DNA of 64,000 bases. Origin: Takakia lepidozioides. Taxonomy: Eukaryota > Plantae > Bryophyta. Location of the stretch: positions 84,382,001 to 84,446,000 of the forward strand of contig CM060731.1 of NCBI GenBank assembly GCA_030704615.1. The letters are read 5' to 3'. A program made the position numbers and the translations under genes. This document shows, piece by piece, positions 60,401 to 64,000 of this stretch (within the stretch, counting starts at the first letter, position 1; each line of letters begins with the position of its first letter). Below the pieces are notes generated by a model, which saw only the letters and a program-made list of their open reading frames with translations, had not been told where the DNA came from and did not search any database.

Positions 60401-63400
60401 GGGCTCACCAATGCACCTGCGACCTTTAGCACGCTGATGAACAGCCTTTTCCAGGAGTGGTTGGATGACTTTGTGATCGTGTACATCGACGACATCTTGG
60501 TGTACTCGAAAACAAAGGAGGAGCACCTGGAGCACCTCAAAAGGTGTTCCAAAAGTTGCGGAAGGGAAGCTGTACGCCAAAGCTTCAAAGTGCGAATTCG
60601 GGGTCACGAAAGTGGAGTTCCTGGGCATGTGATTACACAGGATGGGATCAAAATGGATGACAGAAAGGTGAGGGCGATCTTGGACTGGGAGCCTCCTATT
60701 ACCGGAAGTATGTGAGAAATTTTCGCAAGATTGCGGGGCCGCTGTCAGACCTTCTGTGTAAATCTAAAGTCTGGGCATGGAACACCTTTTGTGGCCAAGC
60801 TTTTGCTGAATTGAAGCAGCGGATGGCGGAAGCTCCAGTCTTGAAAATCCCGGAGTTCGATTGTCCGTTCGAGATACATACAGATGCGTCGGACTTCGCG
60901 ATTGGGTGTGTTGATGCAAGATGGACGTCCAGTGGCTTACGAAAGTAAGAAACTGAATGAAGTGGAGCGACGGTGGCCGACGCACGAGAAAGAGATGAAG
61001 GCGGTGGTGCACTGTCTTGAGCTCTGGCGCCACTATGTTGGTTCCAACCCAGTGAAGGTGTTCACGGACAATGTCACGGTGAAGTATTTGCCACGCAGCC
61101 CAAGTTGTCCCCAAACAACTTAGGTGGCAAGATACACTTTGGCGGTGTTCGACGTGGATATCCAGTACAAACCGGGACGAGACAACGTGGTGGCCGATGC
61201 TTTAAGTAGAAAGCAGCAGCTCTTGTTGGTGTACAAGGGCGAGACGGCGCTCCAAAGGAAGATCCGGAAGGCTTGCCGGAAGGATGAGCTGGCGAAGTCT
61301 GTGATGCAGGACTTGAGGAGGGGGTTAAATCGCAGTTCCACTTGCAAAATGGACTGCTCCGGTATAAGCAAAAACGTCTCTACGTGCCGAAGGGAGATCA
61401 GAGATAGCCTCTGAGAGAAGGCCATGATAGCGTTGCGGGCCATGGCGGAGCCAAGCGCACTGCGGGCACTCTGGAAGAAAGAGTATTTTTGCCCAAACTG
61501 AGGGAGGAGGCAGAGGAGTATGTCAAACATGCACCACATGCCAACAAAAAAGGAGCGAGTACAAAAAGCAAGCGGGGCTGTTACAAACCCTTGCCGATTC
61601 CAGAGGGGTTCGGAAGCGTCTCGATGATTCATGACTGCATGACTGCTATGCCGCTGTCAAAAGGATTCGATTGCAATCATGGTGGTGGTAGATAGGTTCA
61701 GTAAAATGGAGCCATTTCATCCCCACCAAGGAGACGGCAACGGCGCAGGAGACAGGGCGACTTTACTTCGCCCACGTCTTAAAGCATCATGGAGTCCGAA
61801 GGATATTGTCTCGGACCGCGATCCAAAGGTTTACGAGTAAATTCTGGAGAGCACTTTGGAAGAAGAGGGGGACGAGGCTGAAGATGAGCACCGCCTTCCG
61901 ACCTACGACCGACGGGGGGCCACAGAAAGGGTGAATTCCGTAGTGAAGCAGATCTTGCGGAATTACGTGTCGACAGACCAAACAGACTGGTGGAACACTT
62001 AGACGCGGCGAGTTCTGTTATAATAACACAGAACACTCGCAACGGGAGTTTCCCCTATCGTATTGGTCTATGGAAAAGCACTCTGGTGCCGACAAGTTGG
62101 GCCGCCCAGGACGTTGAGGAACCGGCAGTAGCGGCAGTACTGGAAGAACGCGAGCGTTTGTTGAAGCTTGCAAAGTACAACATTGCAAAGCTAGGAAACG
62201 GTATGAAAGGCAGGCGAATCGGAAGCGGAGGGAAGTGAAGTTTGAGCAGGCACGGAGGTCTGGTTGAAACATCAAGAATTTCCGACTAACTCGGAAATGA
62301 GTCCGAAGTTCGTACCTCCGTATGCGGGACCCTTTCGCATTCAGAAGGTTATGAATGAGGATGTGTAAGAATTGGAGCTGCCGGCAAACAGCAAGGTGCA
62401 CCCAGTATTCCATGTCTCCCTTTGAAGCCTTACTTCAAAGATGAAGCACGTCCGAATCGGCATCAAGTGTTGCGTCCGCCACCTATGCTGTTGGATCATG
62501 AAAATGAACCTGAGTACGAGGTGGAGGCAATACTTAAGTCAAGGAGGTTCAAGAACCGAGAAACGAAGTATCTCGTCAAATGGAAGGGCTATCATCATGT
62601 GGAGGCATCTTGGGTGCGTGCCTCAAAATGGGAAACGCATCCGAGGCGGGTCGCAGCTTTCGAAGGGGCGACCTCAAAAGCGGAAGAAGCGTTGATGGGG
62701 ACATCAACCTTGGAGCGTGGGGGAGGAAATGCATGCTTTAGCCCGGCTTAGCTAGCTTAGGAATCCGATTGAAAAAACTTGTATTGTACAAGACGTGCTA
62801 TAAATGAAACGGATTCCAAATGTTGTGCTTCCTATTGCTCCACACTTGGCCGGGACTTAGAGGAAGTCGGCCGAACTAGCTAGTGGAGAGTAGAGTCAAG
62901 TGTGGGTTTGGTTCTTGGCCATGGGACGCCATGGTGCGGAAACAAACTCCTTGATGTGGGACGCACACAACTTGATGTTCGTTTCTACAAAATGGACAAG
63001 TCGATGAGGACATCGACTCCCTGTTGGTAGGGGTGTCGCGGCCCTTTGCCTTGAGGGCAGGGGGTCGGACACATGAGGGGTGCCCCTGTGGTGGGGCATC
63101 GGCAGTGAAGGTATGGGGGGCTGAAGCACCCTTGAGTGCCCAAGGCACTGAAGGAGGCGGAGGCGCTCACTAGGTGGAGCCCCGCACACCGGGTTGCGGT
63201 GGGGTGGCTCCACAAGGGGTGGTGATAGCTTAGCGGGACTTAGTGGGGGTGGGCATAGGACTCACCATGGGGGGGAGACCTCGTGGTGGGAGTCGTGGGG
63301 AGTCTTGGGACTCATCACGGTCCATAGGGGCCGTTGGGTGAGTGGGCAAAGCTCACGCGCGACTCATCACCGGGAGTCGAGGGTTTTCGTGGTGGTTCGC

Positions 63401-63751
63401 CATAAAATGGCATGGCTGGTTATGAAACCCCCGCAGACAGCTATAGAAGTATATATAGGGAGTAGTAACCCCGAGAACGGTGCAAGCCCGTTGGTGACCA
63501 AAAACTAGTGAGTAAGGGAGCGAGCCGGAAAGCGACCAAAGAGTGGGGGCTGTTCGGACTGCCCTACCAAAGGAATTCCACTAGTCCCAAATAGGTGGAG
63601 GGTTTTAGTGGGAAGTGAGGGGGGACCGTTATGTCCCGGTGAGCAGCCGAAGCTCCAAGTTGGCCCGGCGGCCAGGTGGGGAGTCAGGCGCGCGCATCAA
63701 AGCGAGTAACTATGACTTGAAGGGGAGCTTACCGAAGTGAGGTGCGCGACA
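57420..63751 (+). mobile_element. Full-length Ty3/gypsy chromovirus with a frameshifted gag-pol
   Basis: LTRs 57420-58143 and 63034-63751 (TG...CA). PBS TGGTATCAGAGC at 58146-58157 (tRNA-iMet). Purine tract before 63034. Flanks CCTTG/CCCTG (5-bp TSD, one mismatch). gag CFNCGEPGHMAKKC, protease LVDTGASHSF, RT YIDDILVYS, RNase H TDASDFAIG, integrase, chromodomain YEVEAIL..YLVKWKGY. Confidence 0.95.
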
Positions 63752-63779
63752 CCCTGAGCATCAGGCTCCTTGGCAGCCA

Positions 63780-64000
63780 ATGTTTATTTCTTCCAAAACT
63801 TTATCAACTTCATGGTGGTATAAGCATCAGCACTCCATCTGGTCCTAGCTTATACATTCTGCTTCCTACCATAGTGTAAGGTAAAGCCTTGATAGCAATT
63901 CTCTTTCTCTGCTCCTCCCATAACTTGGTGGACATTGACCATGAGTAAGATAGTATCTGATTGGCCATTGCCAATCTAACCAATCATTGCACTTCCCTGC
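63780..64000 (-). pseudogene. Possible gypsy pol fragment (RNase H to integrase linker)
   Basis: PYTMVGSRMYKLGPDGVL..EVDKVLEEI resembles the segment preceding the integrase Zn finger; short. Confidence 0.4.

Noticed and set aside
58197-62751. Programmed frameshifting in the chromovirus gag-pol
   Set aside because: Frameshifts are numerous and scattered while the LTRs are very similar, which fits sequencing indels or decay better. The same caveat applies to the pseudogene calls elsewhere.

Overview
Eukaryotic nest of transposable elements with no intact host gene. A land plant is likely, probably a non-seed plant (GT-AG introns, PLS-type PPR fragment, tRNA-iMet-primed chromovirus). The dominant component is a family of large Mutator-like (MULE) DNA transposons. 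Each carries a GCM-like/DDE/SWIM transposase and, transcribed divergently from it, a multi-exon cargo gene. The cargo gene fuses a ParB/Srx-like domain (DGNHR) to a beta-class amino-methyltransferase-like domain with an unusual DIPDG motif IV. Between the two genes, in introns and near the ends lie arrays of a 22-bp palindrome spaced at near-whole helical turns. The palindrome differs by subfamily through a compensatory change (A: GGAAATGCGGCGCCGCATTTCC; B: GGAAATTCGGCGCCGAATTTCC; putative C: GGTGTGCGGTGCCGCACACC). The window holds one complete subfamily-B element (29090-43354, 8-bp TSD), most of a subfamily-A element (1-12945), several A fragments, a fold-back derivative carrying two orphan paralogous genes (45141-50628) and pieces of a third subfamily. 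Also present: a non-LTR retrotransposon with RT, chromodomain, RNase H and restriction-like endonuclease plus a 2A-like motif; a full-length Ty3/gypsy chromovirus and a solo LTR of it; and a degenerate gypsy-like element. Most long reading frames carry frameshifts or stops (decay and/or sequencing indels). All domain calls are by-eye motif recognition, not database results.
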